From: Escherichia coli
GTDB taxonomy: Bacteria; Pseudomonadota; Gammaproteobacteria; Enterobacterales; Enterobacteriaceae
Assembly (NCBI RefSeq): GCF_017348835.2
Contig: NZ_CP071375.1
Strand: one strand, 5' to 3'
DNA: 64,000 nucleotides
Shown in pieces: positions 36,405 through 49,955 of this stretch; within the stretch, counting starts at the first letter, position 1, and the number at the start of each line of letters is the position of its first letter. The notes under the pieces were generated by a model. It was not told where the DNA came from. It saw nothing but the letters and a program-made list of their open reading frames with translations, and did no database searches. Position numbers and translations under genes: made by a program.

Positions 36405-36440
36405 GCCGCGGCATTATACAGAGCGTAACCGATTGCATCT
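36405..36440 (-). promoter_or_regulatory. guaBA promoter region with a pur-box-like operator and -10 element
   Basis: Minus-strand TATAAT (reverse complement of 36413-36418) and GCAATCGGTTAC (reverse complement of 36425-36436), resembling the PurR operator consensus GCAAACGTTTGC; both upstream of the guaB start. Confidence 0.45.
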
Positions 36441-36500
36441 ACCCCTTTTTGCAAAAAATGCTTGCTATCCCCGAAGGGCGGGTTACTATCGACTGAATAA

Positions 36501-37907
<1,407 letters not shown>

Positions 37908-37975
37908 GCCGGAAAAAAGGCGCCAGCATCGCATTAGGCAATAGCGCCCAGGCTACGCCAAATGCGCTCCCCTCG

Positions 37976-40900
37976 TCACTGGAAACAAGTAACCAGACCA
38001 GGTTTATTGGCTAACGTGATACAACAATCCTCTGTGCCAGTGCTCTCGTCCATCCCACACCGTTGAGAGGACAAGTAAGGGAAACTTGGCGAAGCTGGCC
38101 ATCCCAGCGAATTAAACACAGTATACAATGTCTCTAACTCATTGTATGTCGGTGCATTTTCTATATTTCCACACTGCTTCGAGATATCCCATTTGCTGGC
38201 ATCAGTAATATGCGCAGAAGCCCAGTTTTCGTAGTTAATAATCGGTGAGGATACGGGATTGGCCCCGGACGGTAATTCAGTTGTCAGTATCGGTCGATGT
38301 AATGTTTTTCCATTCACCACTGCCGTGTCTGCCATATGCCCCCAGAAGTGAGCAGAAGATACATTTGGGCTGGTCAATACGGTGAAAATAGTGTCCATCA
38401 TTGCAGTCACTGTTGGGTATTTATCCAGCGTTACCGTCAGCGGCATTTTATAACCCGGCGTATTGTCCTGACGAACAGTAAAGTTTGCCGTGCCGTCTGC
38501 CCCCGTCACGCCACTGATCTCGTTCCCACTAACCGCCAATAGGGTAGCCGCCCCCGATGATGGCTGGATGGTAATATCATCCATAGCCGCCACATCGCCA
38601 TATAGCGTCGCCCCACTATTACGCGGAGAGGCATCACCACGTCGCAGAGTAAACGCCACATTTGGCACAGGTTTCCCGGCGCTGTCTTTCACCGTCACGG
38701 TGACTGGCATTGCCTCGCCCTTCTTCACTTTCGCCGCCTGAGCGGTGGAGTCAAATGCCGTTGACGTCAGGGTGACGGTAGAAACCGTTGAGTGAGGGTG
38801 CACCAGGCACGCCTGGAAGGCGCGGCTTTTAGATACAGTCACAAGTTGACCTGTGTTGAAGTCAAATGATTCACAAGAATTCGCGCCCGCAGGACAATCT
38901 GCATTTGTCCACCACACATAGCTATTCTGTTTCACCGGCCAGCCAATCTCATTGACGATAGAGCCATTCGGATAGCGGTTGTATAAAGATTGAAGCTCAT
39001 CCAATGATGGATATCGTGCGCTTTCACAAGGGATAAGCTCCGGCAAATATCGCTGGGTAATATATGGCGCAGGCCAGCTTTCATTATTTATATTCACTTT
39101 AGTGAGCGAATAACCGCCACCGCTGGTTGCCCCCATTTCGGCCCACAGTTTCATCCGCTCAAACTGCGTTCCGTCTGCTGAGCTTACCGTTTCTGGCATA
39201 TGTCCCCAGAAGTTGGCTTTTGGCGTATCCGGGCTTGTTACTACGGTATACATCAGGTCGAGATCTGACTTTACCCCTGTTTCACGTGCAAGCGTCGCCG
39301 TAAACGGTGTTACCAGTCCCCAGGTATTATCCTGCGTAGCGGTTAACGTGATGATGCCATTACCGTCCGTAACCCCGTTCCAACTGGCGTTATCATCTGC
39401 AAATTTGTAATTGGCTTGCGCAACCGGCGTCAGGAACTGTAGCAGCAGATCATCTGCTGTCGAGCTTGTGAAATCACTCGGCGTGCGCACTTGTGCTGTC
39501 GCACGCGACAACCTGACGCTTTCATAGGCGGCAGGTCTGCCCGCATCATCCGTGACCTTGATAGTTAACGGTATTGATACGCCCTTCTTCGCCCATGCAG
39601 TCGGACGGTTGTCGTTGATGCCTGTTTTGTCCGCATTCAGCAACGTAGACGTCAACTCAATCGTCGTTGCCTCAGTGTGCGGGTCAACCAGGCAGAGCAT
39701 TAAATTGCCCGCCGTCGATGTTGTACTTTCGTTGCGGATAGCACCGCTCATCAGATCAAGCACCTGGTTATACCATGTTGAACTTGAAACAGTTTGGTCG
39801 TACGCCCACCAGTAATTACCTGCGTTAAGAGGCAGCCCCAAATCAGTTTCCAGCGCACCATTTGGATGGTCGTTGTAAAGCCCCATTAGCTCACTACTGA
39901 AGGGTTGATAAGGCGAAGTGCAGCCTGAGATCGAACTGTTCGCTTTGTTGGTTGCATCTGGTCGCGCCCAGTCTTCATTGTTGATATTAAAGGACGCAGT
40001 CCCGGACAACTCGGCCTTCAACTGTGGTCGCCTGAACGCGACGCCCGCGCTGCTGGTAAAGGTTTCCGGCATATGGCCCCAATAGTTAGCCTTCGGCGTA
40101 TCCGGGCTGGTGATCACTGTGAAAATCGCACTTAAAGATTGTGAAGCAATCGAACCATCGTCCAGTTTCGCCAACAACGGAATACGAACGCCATATCCTT
40201 TATGGAACTGATATACCGTCAACGTCGCCGTTCCGTCAGGCCCGGTAACACCATAAAAATCATCGCCCTCATTAATGATTGGCGTTTGATGATTGGATGA
40301 ATCCGTGATGTAAATTAATTTCGACTGGTAATCTGAACTTACTACATTCTGACGGCTAAGCGTCGCACCATGTTCCAGCAAGAAGGGTACATTACCCAGC
40401 AGATTTCCCTGCGCGTCGCGCGTTGTGACCTTAATGGTGATGAAATCATGATCAACTTCATAATTGGTTTTTGCTTTAACCCCCTGATTACCATCATAAA
40501 CCTGCGCTTGTTCAGAGGTTAACTCAATTGTGGCGACCTTCGGGTTAGCCGTTGTCTGGCAGGTTAAATACCCCCCTTTTGACTCCAGTACACTGCTGGT
40601 GCCATTACTCAGTTGCACACCAAGGTAATTACGATTACTTACGCTGGCACCATCGGCGGTGCTGGTGTCATAGACTTTTAATACTGGCCAGCCGTCTACA
40701 GCATGACCGCCCCAGCTTGTCGATAACGTGGTTAATGCATCTTTGGTCGGGATATTATCTGCGCCACAACCGTTATTTTTCGCATTCTTACTTGCCTGCG
40801 CTTCAGTAAACAGCGCCCAAATTTCGTTATCCTCTTCCGGGCTTTTACGTCCATTGCCGGGAGAACCACTCAGTTCTGAAAACAGGATCGGTCGCTTAAA

Positions 40901-43900
40901 CGTCAATCCTCCCGCTGTGAGTGTTTCTGGCATATGCCCCCACATTTTTGCCTTGTTAGTGTCAGGGCTGGTGACAACGGTAAAAATAGTGTCTAACGAT
41001 GCGTTTTTTGTTGGATCGGAATAGAGCGCAGCGGTAATTGCCGTTTTCGTGCCGTGAGTGTCCGGGCGGGTGATGGTGAGAATTTTGCTACCGTCACTCC
41101 CCGTTAACCCAGCGTATGCACTGGCAGTATCGTTAAGCGACATTTCATCTGACATTCCGGCATCCACCACGACCGGTGAAACGATCCCGTCACCGCTTCC
41201 TGCAATATGCTTTTCATTGCTACGGGTGTAACCATCGCCACGCTTCAGGGTAAAGGGCATTCCCGGCATCGGGTTACCCGCCGTATCTTTCACCGTGACT
41301 TTTACCTGTAGCGTTTCACCCTTTTTCAGTTTCGCTGCATTAAGCGTGCTATTCCACTGTGCCTGATCGACCACTTCCAGCGTAATGGTGCTGGCGGGTG
41401 GGTTAGCGTCCTTCAGGCAGGAGATATAAATTTCCGAGGAACTTGTTTGCACGTTTCCGTTATTCAGCCAAACCGCTGCAAAGTGCGGGACTTTATCGGT
41501 AGGCGTGCTACTCCAGTAAGGCTGGCGCTGAGTCGGCCAACCATGCTCAGTTTGAATCGCGTTATTACTGTTGGCGCGATAGAGCGCATCAAGCTGTGAC
41601 TGGCGTGGCACTTTATTGGCCTCACAACCGCCCACCGCGCTATTTTCGATCTCGGACTGATCGACGCGTAACCAGGTTTCATTATTTTCATCAAAGGGAC
41701 GCCCGGAACCGCTTACCTCCACCGCCAGTTTGGGGCGATTAAATGTAATAGAATCCACAGTTATCGTGTCATCCATGTGCCCCCACATTCTCGCTCCCAT
41801 CACATCCGGGCTGGTGGGAACCGTAAAGATTACATAGTAGTTAATGGTATTCGGCAGAACAGAATTAGGAGGCGTGACAACAAGTCGCGTTCTTAAGCCA
41901 ACGCCTTGTGGCTGCTCAACAACAACGGTTGCCTGCCCCTGTGCGTCTGTAATACCGGAGTAAACCATTGAGGATTGTGAGGTACCGTACTGCGTCCCAT
42001 TCAGGGTTATTGCGCCGTTACTGGGATCGGTAAACCCGGTTGCGCTTTCTTCACGGTCAAGACTGATATCTTTGGTAATAGTAAAAGCCGTGAACGGCAC
42101 CCGCTCGCCATTCAGAGCATTAACTGTGCGCACCGTCATGGTGATTTGTTCACCGACTTTCGCCCGTGCCAGGCTGCCCGAGGTAGTATCACGATCGGTT
42201 GTCACTTCAACCTTCGCCACCATCTCATTACCAGAGCACGAGAGATAGTTTTGTTTAAAACCGCTATAACTGTCGACGTTCCCTGTTCCGAGGTTTACCG
42301 ATGAATGCGTTGTCTGCTCCGCGGCAGTTAAATAGTCCTTTACTGCGGTTGGCCAGCCATACTCAGTCCCGATGATATTGCCAGGGTAAGCCGAATACAG
42401 ACTTTCCAGTGAGATCTCACGCGGTATATGCCCCGTGCCGCATTCTGCCTGCATACTGGTATTTTGATCGAATAACGCCCAGTCTTCGTTATTTTCCCGT
42501 ACTGTGCCTATTTCATGCGTGGTTTCAGCCGCCAGCAGCGGTCGTTTATATAAACTGCCAGCATCAATAATGCCGTGCATGTGGCCCCACATCCGCGCAT
42601 ATTCGCTGTCCGGACTGGTCACCACCGTAAAGACCACATCTTTGGCATCTTCAGCAGTGAAATTACTGCGCATTTTCGCCGTAATATGCGTTTTAACGCC
42701 TGCGCCGTCAGGCTGCGTCAGCAGCAGAGTTGCCTGACCATTGACGTCGGTCATTCCCTCATAATTATGATCATCTACCTTTTGCAGGTTGGTGCCGCCG
42801 GAAATTTGTACCGGATGCGCTTCCCACGCCGGATCGGTTTGATTTTTGCGGTTAACGCCGTCATCGAGATGCAGCGAGAAGTAGTAATAAGCCAGCGGCT
42901 GATTGTTATTTTTTTTATCGGTAATGGTCAGGCGTATCGTAGTGCTGTCACCGACCTCTGCCTTCGCGGCATTTATACTTTCATCAAAGTTACTGGGCGT
43001 GAGCACCAACTCTGGCTCAACATCGGGTTCTGCTTTATCCACACAGCTCACGATATACTTTGTACTGTCTGGTTTTTGCGCTTCGCTGCGGTTAGACACA
43101 TCAGCCGCGTGGTGCTGCCCGGTACTTCCTGCCAGAGATGACCAGTAATAATCACCCTGCATCGGCCAACCGGCGGTCTCCTGAATAGAGTTAGGGATCA
43201 CCGTAGCCAGCGCGCCAAACTGGCGCATGCCAGGCAAAATATCGCAGTGGTTATCTGCGCCACTCCAGGTGAAGGTCGACCAGGTTTCACCGTGATCGTT
43301 CACACTGCCATCTTCGTTATCAACTTCCGCCGCCAATTTCGGACGACTAAAGGTGTAATTCATGGCCGTCAGGGTTTCCGCCATATGGCCCCACATATTG
43401 GCCTGCGGGGCATCCGGGCTGGTGAGTACAGTAAATATCACCGCCGTTTCACTGGTTTGCGAGATGCCAGAAAGGCTGACCACCAGCGGCGTTTTGACAC
43501 CTGGACCATTGGGCTGCGTCACCGTGACGGTAGCTGCGCCATCAGCATTAGTCGTGCCCCGATACTCCGTTGCTGTGGTGGTGAGTTCAGTGGTATCAAG
43601 ATTGACAGGTGAGGTGTTATTCACCACTCCCTGGCGGTTTTCAGCATCTTTTCGTTTGATAACAAAAGGGATATTGCTCGCAATATTACCTTCACAATCT
43701 TGGGTGGTTACGGTTAAGGTGATTGAACCATCGACAGTAGTCTTTGCCGCTTGTAACGTATCGTCATAGCCACTGGCGCTAATTGTCACCAGGTCGCCCT
43801 GGGCGGGAGCAATATTCAGCGTCACTTTATGTTCAGCCAACGGCACCGTCCCCTGATTAGGCACACCAGTTAACGTGTAGAGGTAGAGTAAAGGTAGCGC

Positions 43901-44386
43901 TTCCTGCTCATTGATTCGCGGCCACGCCACCAAAGAACGCCCTGCCAGATTCTGCGCGCAGAAAGAGCGGTCCGGGCGCGGTTGTGGGCTGAGCGGCGTA
44001 TCTGGCGTCGCGGCATCCGTCCACACAAGAGATACAGCAGGAGGCGTCTGGTTTTGCCAGCCTAGCACGGGGGGATTAGAAAAAAGATCGCCTTCAGGAT
44101 CGTGAGGGTTAACCAGAATCATTCTCGCCGCTGTGTCATCAACACTGAATGCGCTGGGTTTTACAGATGCCTGAATGTCGTAGGTTTTGCTCGGATCAAG
44201 CTGAACGCTTCCCTGATAAACGGGTACGCTGGCGCTCTCTGCCCCGGGCACTGTGCCATTGATTGCGTCGGTCGAGATGCCAGTTTGTTGCCACTGGCCA
44301 CCTTTTAATACTGCCCCAACCTGAAAAGAGAGGAAGAGCAGAAAAACCGCCGTTATCGCTTTTATCAGTTTCAAAGTCCCGTCCAT
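37976..44386 (-). CDS. Giant surface-exposed repeat protein (RatA/RatB-like), 2136 aa, seven tandem ~290-aa modules
   Basis: Signal peptide, then seven modules each ending in the signature (I/V)FTV(L/V)TSPD-x5-(M/Y/F)WGHM-x12-16-RP(K/I/Q)L...NNE(D/N)W; position between xseA and the sinI/sinH-like genes, as recalled for the Salmonella CS54 island. Confidence 0.6.
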   Translation of the reverse strand: MDGTLKLIKAITAVFLLFLSFQVGAVLKGGQWQQTGISTDAINGTVPGAESASVPVYQGSVQLDPSKTYDIQASVKPSAFSVDDTAARMILVNPHDPEGDLFSNPPVLGWQNQTPPAVSLVWTDAATPDTPLSPQPRPDRSFCAQNLAGRSLVAWPRINEQEALPLLYLYTLTGVPNQGTVPLAEHKVTLNIAPAQGDLVTISASGYDDTLQAAKTTVDGSITLTVTTQDCEGNIASNIPFVIKRKDAENRQGVVNNTSPVNLDTTELTTTATEYRGTTNADGAATVTVTQPNGPGVKTPLVVSLSGISQTSETAVIFTVLTSPDAPQANMWGHMAETLTAMNYTFSRPKLAAEVDNEDGSVNDHGETWSTFTWSGADNHCDILPGMRQFGALATVIPNSIQETAGWPMQGDYYWSSLAGSTGQHHAADVSNRSEAQKPDSTKYIVSCVDKAEPDVEPELVLTPSNFDESINAAKAEVGDSTTIRLTITDKKNNNQPLAYYYFSLHLDDGVNRKNQTDPAWEAHPVQISGGTNLQKVDDHNYEGMTDVNGQATLLLTQPDGAGVKTHITAKMRSNFTAEDAKDVVFTVVTSPDSEYARMWGHMHGIIDAGSLYKRPLLAAETTHEIGTVRENNEDWALFDQNTSMQAECGTGHIPREISLESLYSAYPGNIIGTEYGWPTAVKDYLTAAEQTTHSSVNLGTGNVDSYSGFKQNYLSCSGNEMVAKVEVTTDRDTTSGSLARAKVGEQITMTVRTVNALNGERVPFTAFTITKDISLDREESATGFTDPSNGAITLNGTQYGTSQSSMVYSGITDAQGQATVVVEQPQGVGLRTRLVVTPPNSVLPNTINYYVIFTVPTSPDVMGARMWGHMDDTITVDSITFNRPKLAVEVSGSGRPFDENNETWLRVDQSEIENSAVGGCEANKVPRQSQLDALYRANSNNAIQTEHGWPTQRQPYWSSTPTDKVPHFAAVWLNNGNVQTSSSEIYISCLKDANPPASTITLEVVDQAQWNSTLNAAKLKKGETLQVKVTVKDTAGNPMPGMPFTLKRGDGYTRSNEKHIAGSGDGIVSPVVVDAGMSDEMSLNDTASAYAGLTGSDGSKILTITRPDTHGTKTAITAALYSDPTKNASLDTIFTVVTSPDTNKAKMWGHMPETLTAGGLTFKRPILFSELSGSPGNGRKSPEEDNEIWALFTEAQASKNAKNNGCGADNIPTKDALTTLSTSWGGHAVDGWPVLKVYDTSTADGASVSNRNYLGVQLSNGTSSVLESKGGYLTCQTTANPKVATIELTSEQAQVYDGNQGVKAKTNYEVDHDFITIKVTTRDAQGNLLGNVPFLLEHGATLSRQNVVSSDYQSKLIYITDSSNHQTPIINEGDDFYGVTGPDGTATLTVYQFHKGYGVRIPLLAKLDDGSIASQSLSAIFTVITSPDTPKANYWGHMPETFTSSAGVAFRRPQLKAELSGTASFNINNEDWARPDATNKANSSISGCTSPYQPFSSELMGLYNDHPNGALETDLGLPLNAGNYWWAYDQTVSSSTWYNQVLDLMSGAIRNESTTSTAGNLMLCLVDPHTEATTIELTSTLLNADKTGINDNRPTAWAKKGVSIPLTIKVTDDAGRPAAYESVRLSRATAQVRTPSDFTSSTADDLLLQFLTPVAQANYKFADDNASWNGVTDGNGIITLTATQDNTWGLVTPFTATLARETGVKSDLDLMYTVVTSPDTPKANFWGHMPETVSSADGTQFERMKLWAEMGATSGGGYSLTKVNINNESWPAPYITQRYLPELIPCESARYPSLDELQSLYNRYPNGSIVNEIGWPVKQNSYVWWTNADCPAGANSCESFDFNTGQLVTVSKSRAFQACLVHPHSTVSTVTLTSTAFDSTAQAAKVKKGEAMPVTVTVKDSAGKPVPNVAFTLRRGDASPRNSGATLYGDVAAMDDITIQPSSGAATLLAVSGNEISGVTGADGTANFTVRQDNTPGYKMPLTVTLDKYPTVTAMMDTIFTVLTSPNVSSAHFWGHMADTAVVNGKTLHRPILTTELPSGANPVSSPIINYENWASAHITDASKWDISKQCGNIENAPTYNELETLYTVFNSLGWPASPSFPYLSSQRCGMDESTGTEDCCITLANKPGLVTCFQ

Positions 44387-44520
44387 GATTGAAACCTGCC
44401 CGTTTAAAGTTATTTTTTCACTTCAACCCACTTTGCTTAACGCTGGCTAAGCAAAGTGTGCGGAGAAGCACCATTCCCTTGCTGAAATGACCAGATTGTT
44501 GACAAAGTGCGCGTTATTCA

Positions 44521-44620
44521 TGCCGGATGCGGCGTTAACGCCTTATCCGACCTACAAAATCGTGCAAATTCAATACATTGCAGGAACCATGTAGGCCTGA
44601 TAAGCGAAGCACATCAGGCA
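44521..44620. repeat. Pair of inverted REP units (BIME-like)
   Basis: TGCCGGATGCGGCGTTAACGCCTTATCCGACCTAC at 44521-44555 and GTAGGCCTGATAAGCGAAGCACATCAGGCA at 44591-44620. Confidence 0.8.
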
Positions 44621-44676
44621 GTTTTGCCTTTGTCATCAATCTGACCATTCCCTTGCGGGAATGGTGCTGGTAAAGA

Positions 44677-45642
44677 TTATTTTCTCTGGTAATCGATGGA
44701 CAAACCGTAGCCCTGAACACCATCCGCGCCAAGGGTGAGGCCACCTTCGCTGTAGTCGAACGCAGTTTTCGCTTCGGCGTTGGTAACTGGGATAACCAGG
44801 TCGCTGTTGTTGTAGCTCGGGTTGACAATCCCACCGTTGGTACGCAGTTGCAGACTGGTACCGGTAAAGCGCCAGCGGTAGTTGTACTGGCTGGTAACCT
44901 CTTCGCCAGTGTCGTAGGAGCCGTTGCTGTTTTTATCTTTCCACAGCATGACCTGATAAGTGGTATTGGTTTTGAGTTTGGTTTCTTTGCCCAGCAGGTT
45001 GGTGTTAACACCCTGCTCATGAATGACAACTTTAACCGCATCGTCAAATACCGGACCTTCCGGAATATCATCGCTGTCAGAACCACCGCCCGCGTTGGTG
45101 GAGAGGTCTAACAGGATCAGTTGTTCTGCAACGTTAGGATCACCGGTCGTGGTGGTCGGGGTAATTTTCAAACCGATGTAGCGATCGGCATCCGCTGCGG
45201 CAATGGTATAGGTGTCACTGCCCGTTGTACCGATCTCTTTCGGATCACCCCCCGCCTGGTCGCTATAGCTCATCCATTGCAGCGTCGCTTTGGTTGCAGT
45301 GTTGTTGTCGTCAAGGTCGCCCTGGGTATCGCCAATGGCCCAGTTTGCAGTTAACTTGTCACCAATATGAAATTGCTTCTCGCCATCGGTTGAAGCAGAA
45401 CGTCCGCCACGATCAACGGTAATGGACACATGAGATTTATCGGCATCAGTCGTTTCTGACGCGCTACGGGTGATCCACGGCACGGTACCCTGAATCGTTC
45501 CGGTCGTTTGCGTCTCTGACTGCCACTGGCCCGCTCTAAGGTTGCCCTGCCCTTCTGCCATGGCGGCAGGCACTGCGCAGTACCCCGCTAAAGCCAGCGC
45601 CAGCGCGACTTTAGTCATCGGTCGCTTTAAATAGTGTTTCAT
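44677..45642 (-). CDS. SinI-like secreted/outer-membrane-associated protein
   Basis: 321-aa ORF (signal peptide MTKVALALALAGYCAVPAAMA if started at the internal Met) whose C-terminal ~100 aa are homologous to the C-terminus of the adjacent 726-aa protein. Confidence 0.55.
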   Translation of the reverse strand: MKHYLKRPMTKVALALALAGYCAVPAAMAEGQGNLRAGQWQSETQTTGTIQGTVPWITRSASETTDADKSHVSITVDRGGRSASTDGEKQFHIGDKLTANWAIGDTQGDLDDNNTATKATLQWMSYSDQAGGDPKEIGTTGSDTYTIAAADADRYIGLKITPTTTTGDPNVAEQLILLDLSTNAGGGSDSDDIPEGPVFDDAVKVVIHEQGVNTNLLGKETKLKTNTTYQVMLWKDKNSNGSYDTGEEVTSQYNYRWRFTGTSLQLRTNGGIVNPSYNNSDLVIPVTNAEAKTAFDYSEGGLTLGADGVQGYGLSIDYQRK

Positions 45643-45697
45643 TCAACTCTCTCCTTGATTAATTTCCAGCGGCTGGCCGATCGGCCATTACGCCGAT

Positions 45698-47878
45698 CTA
45701 GTGCTTGCTGTAAACCACACGTAATCCATACCCCTGCACGCCATCCTCTTTTTGGGCACCAAATTTCTGTACCGCTTCCTCGTTAGTGGCAGGGATGACA
45801 ATATCTTCATTACTGGTATTCGATTGCGCACCGGTGTAGCCATTGACGCTGTGTCCGGTAAATTCCCACTGGTAGTCGTATTGCGCCATTTCTTCTTCCG
45901 TCAGTTTTTCCGACTGCTGGAAAACGCCATCTTTGTTGACATCGCGCCACAGGACAAAACGATAGGCGTTATCAACAGGCAAATGCTCTTTCTCATTGCC
46001 GATAAGATTGATGGGGTTAGTCGCGGATACACGGTAGATAAAGGCATTAACATCGTTGCCCCCCGCGCCGAGGAAAGTCACATCGACATAGTTACTATCG
46101 TCATACGGTGCGGCCTTTGCTTTCCAGCGGAAGGTGCCGGGCAAAGTACTGGAGAGGGTGACGGTTCCTTTCTCTTTATCTTGCTTCGCGATAAAGACGC
46201 ACGGGTTATCGGTCGAGCAGGGTTTATTGGTGAGGGTGACTTTTTTATCCTGAGCATCGTAAAGCTGCGGACTCAGGCCATCTTCCGGCAGCGCATTACC
46301 GTTACGGTCAGTGTCATCACCAAAGCTATCGGTAACATCGAGATCCATCACCACGCCATCGACGCCATCCGCCTGAGCGCTGGCTTCATGACTGTGATTG
46401 TTTTCATCCGGCACATCCGCAATGTTGTTGACGATCAGTTCAATTTTGCGATCCTGCTGAACGGTGATTTCCACCACGCCGGAGTTTTGCCGGTTGCCTT
46501 TTTCATCTTCCAGAGCCAGACGCACGCGCCAGGTATTGAGTTTTTCCTGTTCGGCGGGATCAGAGCTGTACTGCCAGGCTGGCAGCACCAGATTCCAGTG
46601 GTTGTTGTTCCCTTCCGTGAGGGTATTTTCTTTGATAACCGGCATCACCAGAGTACGCGCAGCGTTGTTTCTCGCCTGCCAAGAGGCGACGACAATCTTA
46701 TAGTGATGATTGATTAGCGCATTGATTGTCCACTTACATTTTTCCAGCCCTACCGCAGCTTCGGGGGTGTCCTTGATGACACAATCCGGGTGTTCATTGG
46801 TGGCGTCAGCCTTCAGCCACAACGTAACGTCGAGAGGATCTTTTTCTTTATATTCCAGAACAATAAAATTATTGCGCTCAACAAAGTCATGGCGGCTGCC
46901 CATCAGCGAGTGAGCTGCTTTGACGTTATCGCTATTCAGTTGATCTTTTAGCGGAACACCGAACTGATAGTTAATCGTGGCGTTAACGCTAAGATCACTG
47001 TTATCTCCGGTACCTGCTTTATAATCCGTCCCGACCGTCAGTAACGGAACGGGTTGATAGTTCACGCCAAGCGTCACTGCATAGGGATCTTTTTCTAAAT
47101 TATCGGTGCCGAAGAGCGCCACTTCGTCACCATAATATTGCTCGAAAACAATTTTGCTCCCCAACTGAGGATAAGAAGGAAGCCTGGCTTCCGCCCGGAC
47201 ATCCCAGCCACGTGCGGGGCGTTCTAAATAGAAATCAAAATCTTTTGAATCTTTCCACTCTGAAAGCGGATGATAATAGTTACCAGAAAATTTTAAATAA
47301 TCCGTCCAGGCTTCTGTTCCCAAACCTAAACGGCGATGTCCGCGGGTGAAATCATAATCATAAAATATATTCCCCCCCAGAAGCCATTTATCAAAATTAT
47401 GTCTTACACCTAAACCTATATTACCTATCGTGCGTTCTTCTTTTCGTTGCGCAGAAAACTGACTGAAATAGACTGTGCTCTGATTGTCATACCAGGGGAC
47501 AAAATAGTCGATTGAACTGCCGTCCAGATCGCCACCCTGACCGATGGAAAGGTTAGAGCGAACTTTACCATAAGGAGAAAGCGCACCTTCGATATAAGAC
47601 TGTGCAGATGATGTGATTTGCCCTTGCAGATAGCTTCTCGCCTGGGATTCAAGAGCTTCTGGAGTCAGGTTCTCAAAGCCCTGCTGGGCGGACTCGGTAA
47701 CGTAATTGGCACCACGTTCCTTGAAAGATTTGCCTTTGTTACTTTGTTCCTCTTGTTGAGCCGTTTCGCTTGCCAGATCAGGTAATGAAGATTCGCTTTG
47801 CTTAATATTTATCTCCGGTGCCGCATAAGCAGCACCAGAAATAACGATTAGCGTTATATAGCGAATCCATCGCAGCAT
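45698..47878 (-). CDS. SinH-like intimin/invasin-family outer membrane protein (inverse autotransporter-like)
   Basis: 726-aa ORF with signal peptide; beta-rich N-terminal half (a candidate barrel) and a C-terminal passenger; length and position match Salmonella SinH as recalled. Confidence 0.55.
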   Translation of the reverse strand: MLRWIRYITLIVISGAAYAAPEINIKQSESSLPDLASETAQQEEQSNKGKSFKERGANYVTESAQQGFENLTPEALESQARSYLQGQITSSAQSYIEGALSPYGKVRSNLSIGQGGDLDGSSIDYFVPWYDNQSTVYFSQFSAQRKEERTIGNIGLGVRHNFDKWLLGGNIFYDYDFTRGHRRLGLGTEAWTDYLKFSGNYYHPLSEWKDSKDFDFYLERPARGWDVRAEARLPSYPQLGSKIVFEQYYGDEVALFGTDNLEKDPYAVTLGVNYQPVPLLTVGTDYKAGTGDNSDLSVNATINYQFGVPLKDQLNSDNVKAAHSLMGSRHDFVERNNFIVLEYKEKDPLDVTLWLKADATNEHPDCVIKDTPEAAVGLEKCKWTINALINHHYKIVVASWQARNNAARTLVMPVIKENTLTEGNNNHWNLVLPAWQYSSDPAEQEKLNTWRVRLALEDEKGNRQNSGVVEITVQQDRKIELIVNNIADVPDENNHSHEASAQADGVDGVVMDLDVTDSFGDDTDRNGNALPEDGLSPQLYDAQDKKVTLTNKPCSTDNPCVFIAKQDKEKGTVTLSSTLPGTFRWKAKAAPYDDSNYVDVTFLGAGGNDVNAFIYRVSATNPINLIGNEKEHLPVDNAYRFVLWRDVNKDGVFQQSEKLTEEEMAQYDYQWEFTGHSVNGYTGAQSNTSNEDIVIPATNEEAVQKFGAQKEDGVQGYGLRVVYSKH

Positions 47879-48087
47879 GTTTTTCCCTGTGAAAATTTAA
47901 TTCTGAAATAATGTCTAATATTGTATTCCAGATAGCACAGGAACTGCACTCCATAAGTGCTAAATATAATCTTAAAATTATAAGAATGTGACTTTACACA
48001 TTTTTAATTAGTCGTTAATCTAATAGGAAAGAGATTATAATATTTATATTAGGAATATATAATGTGAAATCATATATTCCAGTGATA

Positions 48088-48303
48088 TTAAACAATGACA
48101 AATTCAATACGGGTTTTAGAAATTAAACCGTGACCATGCAGGCAGAAATAATCCACCGCACCACACGCTTTTAATACCTGCAACGGTTGGTGGCAGTCAG
48201 GACAAAGAGCCTGGACTATGAAATCTTTGTTACACGTTGCGCAGTGAGTAGCCTCGCCATTACGTTCGAGAGGGTTTTGGCAGATTGGGCAGCTGAGTTC
48301 CAT
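48088..48303 (-). CDS. yfgJ: Zinc-ribbon protein YfgJ
   Basis: 71-aa ORF with two CxxC pairs (CPICQN...CATCNK; CPDCHQ...CLHGH). Confidence 0.85.
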   Translation of the reverse strand: MELSCPICQNPLERNGEATHCATCNKDFIVQALCPDCHQPLQVLKACGAVDYFCLHGHGLISKTRIEFVIV

Positions 48304-48365
48304 AAATGATCCTCACATTTTTATGGGTTTCCCTCTCCATATGGAAAGGGAAACCAGATAAGTAA

Positions 48366-49838
48366 TTACTTACTTTTCTTGATATGCTTCATCAGGCGCT
48401 TACGCTTGCGCATCTGGGTCGGCGTCAGGGTGTTACGCTTATTCGCATACGGGTTTTCCCCTTCTTTGAACTGAATACGAATCGGCGTCCCCATCACATC
48501 CAGAGACTTGCGGAAATAGTTCATCAGATAACGCTTGTAGGAATCCGGCAGGTCTTTTACCTGGTTACCGTGAATCACCACAATCGGCGGGTTATAGCCA
48601 CCTGCGTGAGCATACTTCAGCTTCACACGACGACCACGTACCAGCGGCGGCTGGTGATCTTCAACTGCCATGGTCATAATACGTGTCAGCATAGACGTTC
48701 CCACACGACGGGTGGAGCTGTCATACGCTTCACGTACTGATTCAAACAAGTTACCAACACCACTGCCGTGCAAGGCAGAGATAAAGTGCACACGAGCAAA
48801 ATCGATAAAGCCCAGACGGAAGTCCAGCGTTTCTTTCACCTGCTCTTTCACTTCCTGACTCAGGCCATCCCACTTATTCACCACAATGACAAGTGAGCGC
48901 CCACTATTGAGAATAAAGCCCAGCAGCGAGAGATCCTGATCGGAAATACCTTCGCGCGCATCAATCACTAACATCACCACGTTGGCATCTTCAATGGCCT
49001 GCAACGTTTTGATTACGGAGAATTTCTCTACAGCATCGGTGATTTTGCCGCGTTTACGTACGCCAGCGGTGTCAATGAGCACATACTCACGTCCATCGCG
49101 TTCCATTGGGATGTAGATGCTGTCACGCGTCGTGCCAGGCATGTCGTAAACAACAACGCGCTCTTCACCAAGAATACGGTTAGTGAGTGTAGACTTACCT
49201 ACGTTCGGACGACCCACAATCGCCAGTTTGATCGGCAGACTTTGCGGGTCGAAGTCGTCTTCCTCTTCTTCTTCGCCGTTCTCTTCCGCTTCAAATTGCG
49301 CCCAGTATTCAGCGTCTTCGTCGACTTCCTCTTGCGGTGCGAGATCTTCCATCCACGGCAGCAGCACATGCTCCAGCAGACTTAATACGCCACGACCGTG
49401 AGACGCGGCGATCGGGTAGATTTCACCTAAACCAAGCGAGTAGAAATCAACCACTGCCTGATCGGGATCCAGACCGTCAGTTTTGTTTGCCACCAGGAAG
49501 GTCGGTTTTTCACGGGAGCGCAGATGTTTGGCAATCGCTTCATCTGCCGGCATCAGGCCCGCGCGCGCATCCACCATAAACAGTACGACGTCCGCTTCTT
49601 CAATCGCCAGCAGCGACTGTTCCGCCATGCGGGTTTCTACACCGTCTTCTGTGCCATCAATCCCGCCGGTATCAATACAGATAAACTCACGGCCTTCAAT
49701 TTCCGCACGACCGTACTTACGGTCACGAGTCAGACCCGGGAAATCCGCAACCAGCGCATCTCGGGTGCGAGTTAGACGGTTAAATAACGTGGATTTTCCT
49801 ACGTTAGGGCGCCCGACAAGCGCGACCACAGGTACCAT
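48366..49838 (-). CDS. der: Ribosome-associated GTPase Der (EngA), tandem GTPase domains plus KH-like domain
   Basis: Start at [23 protein letters not shown] (490 aa) with GAGG Shine-Dalgarno 9 nt upstream; two G1 motifs GRPNVGKS. Confidence 0.95.
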   Translation of the reverse strand: MVPVVALVGRPNVGKSTLFNRLTRTRDALVADFPGLTRDRKYGRAEIEGREFICIDTGGIDGTEDGVETRMAEQSLLAIEEADVVLFMVDARAGLMPADEAIAKHLRSREKPTFLVANKTDGLDPDQAVVDFYSLGLGEIYPIAASHGRGVLSLLEHVLLPWMEDLAPQEEVDEDAEYWAQFEAEENGEEEEEDDFDPQSLPIKLAIVGRPNVGKSTLTNRILGEERVVVYDMPGTTRDSIYIPMERDGREYVLIDTAGVRKRGKITDAVEKFSVIKTLQAIEDANVVMLVIDAREGISDQDLSLLGFILNSGRSLVIVVNKWDGLSQEVKEQVKETLDFRLGFIDFARVHFISALHGSGVGNLFESVREAYDSSTRRVGTSMLTRIMTMAVEDHQPPLVRGRRVKLKYAHAGGYNPPIVVIHGNQVKDLPDSYKRYLMNYFRKSLDVMGTPIRIQFKEGENPYANKRNTLTPTQMRKRKRLMKHIKKSK

Positions 49839-49955
49839 GTTTAAAGCCTCATTTTTATAAATCATCAGACAACGCACGCTATATTCGCGTCGTTGTTAAA
49901 AACAGGAAAACGGCCCCTGTCCAGGAGCCGTTTTCAAAGTGAACGACAGAGACGA

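Noticed and set aside
42575-43612. Plus-strand ORFs (188, 121 and 135 aa) inside the giant repeat-protein gene
   Set aside because: Antisense to a long ORF with clear signal peptide and repeat architecture.
37976-44386. Possibility that the periodic repeats in this region are a CRISPR array or other non-coding tandem repeat
   Set aside because: The repeats are about 870 bp long, degenerate at the DNA level and sit in one continuous 6.4-kb reading frame with a signal peptide; they are protein-domain repeats, not a CRISPR array. No CRISPR-like short repeat/spacer pattern was seen anywhere in the window.
45752-46717. 321-aa plus-strand ORF antisense to the sinH-like gene
   Set aside because: Antisense shadow ORF; the sense strand has a signal peptide and conserved C-terminal domain.
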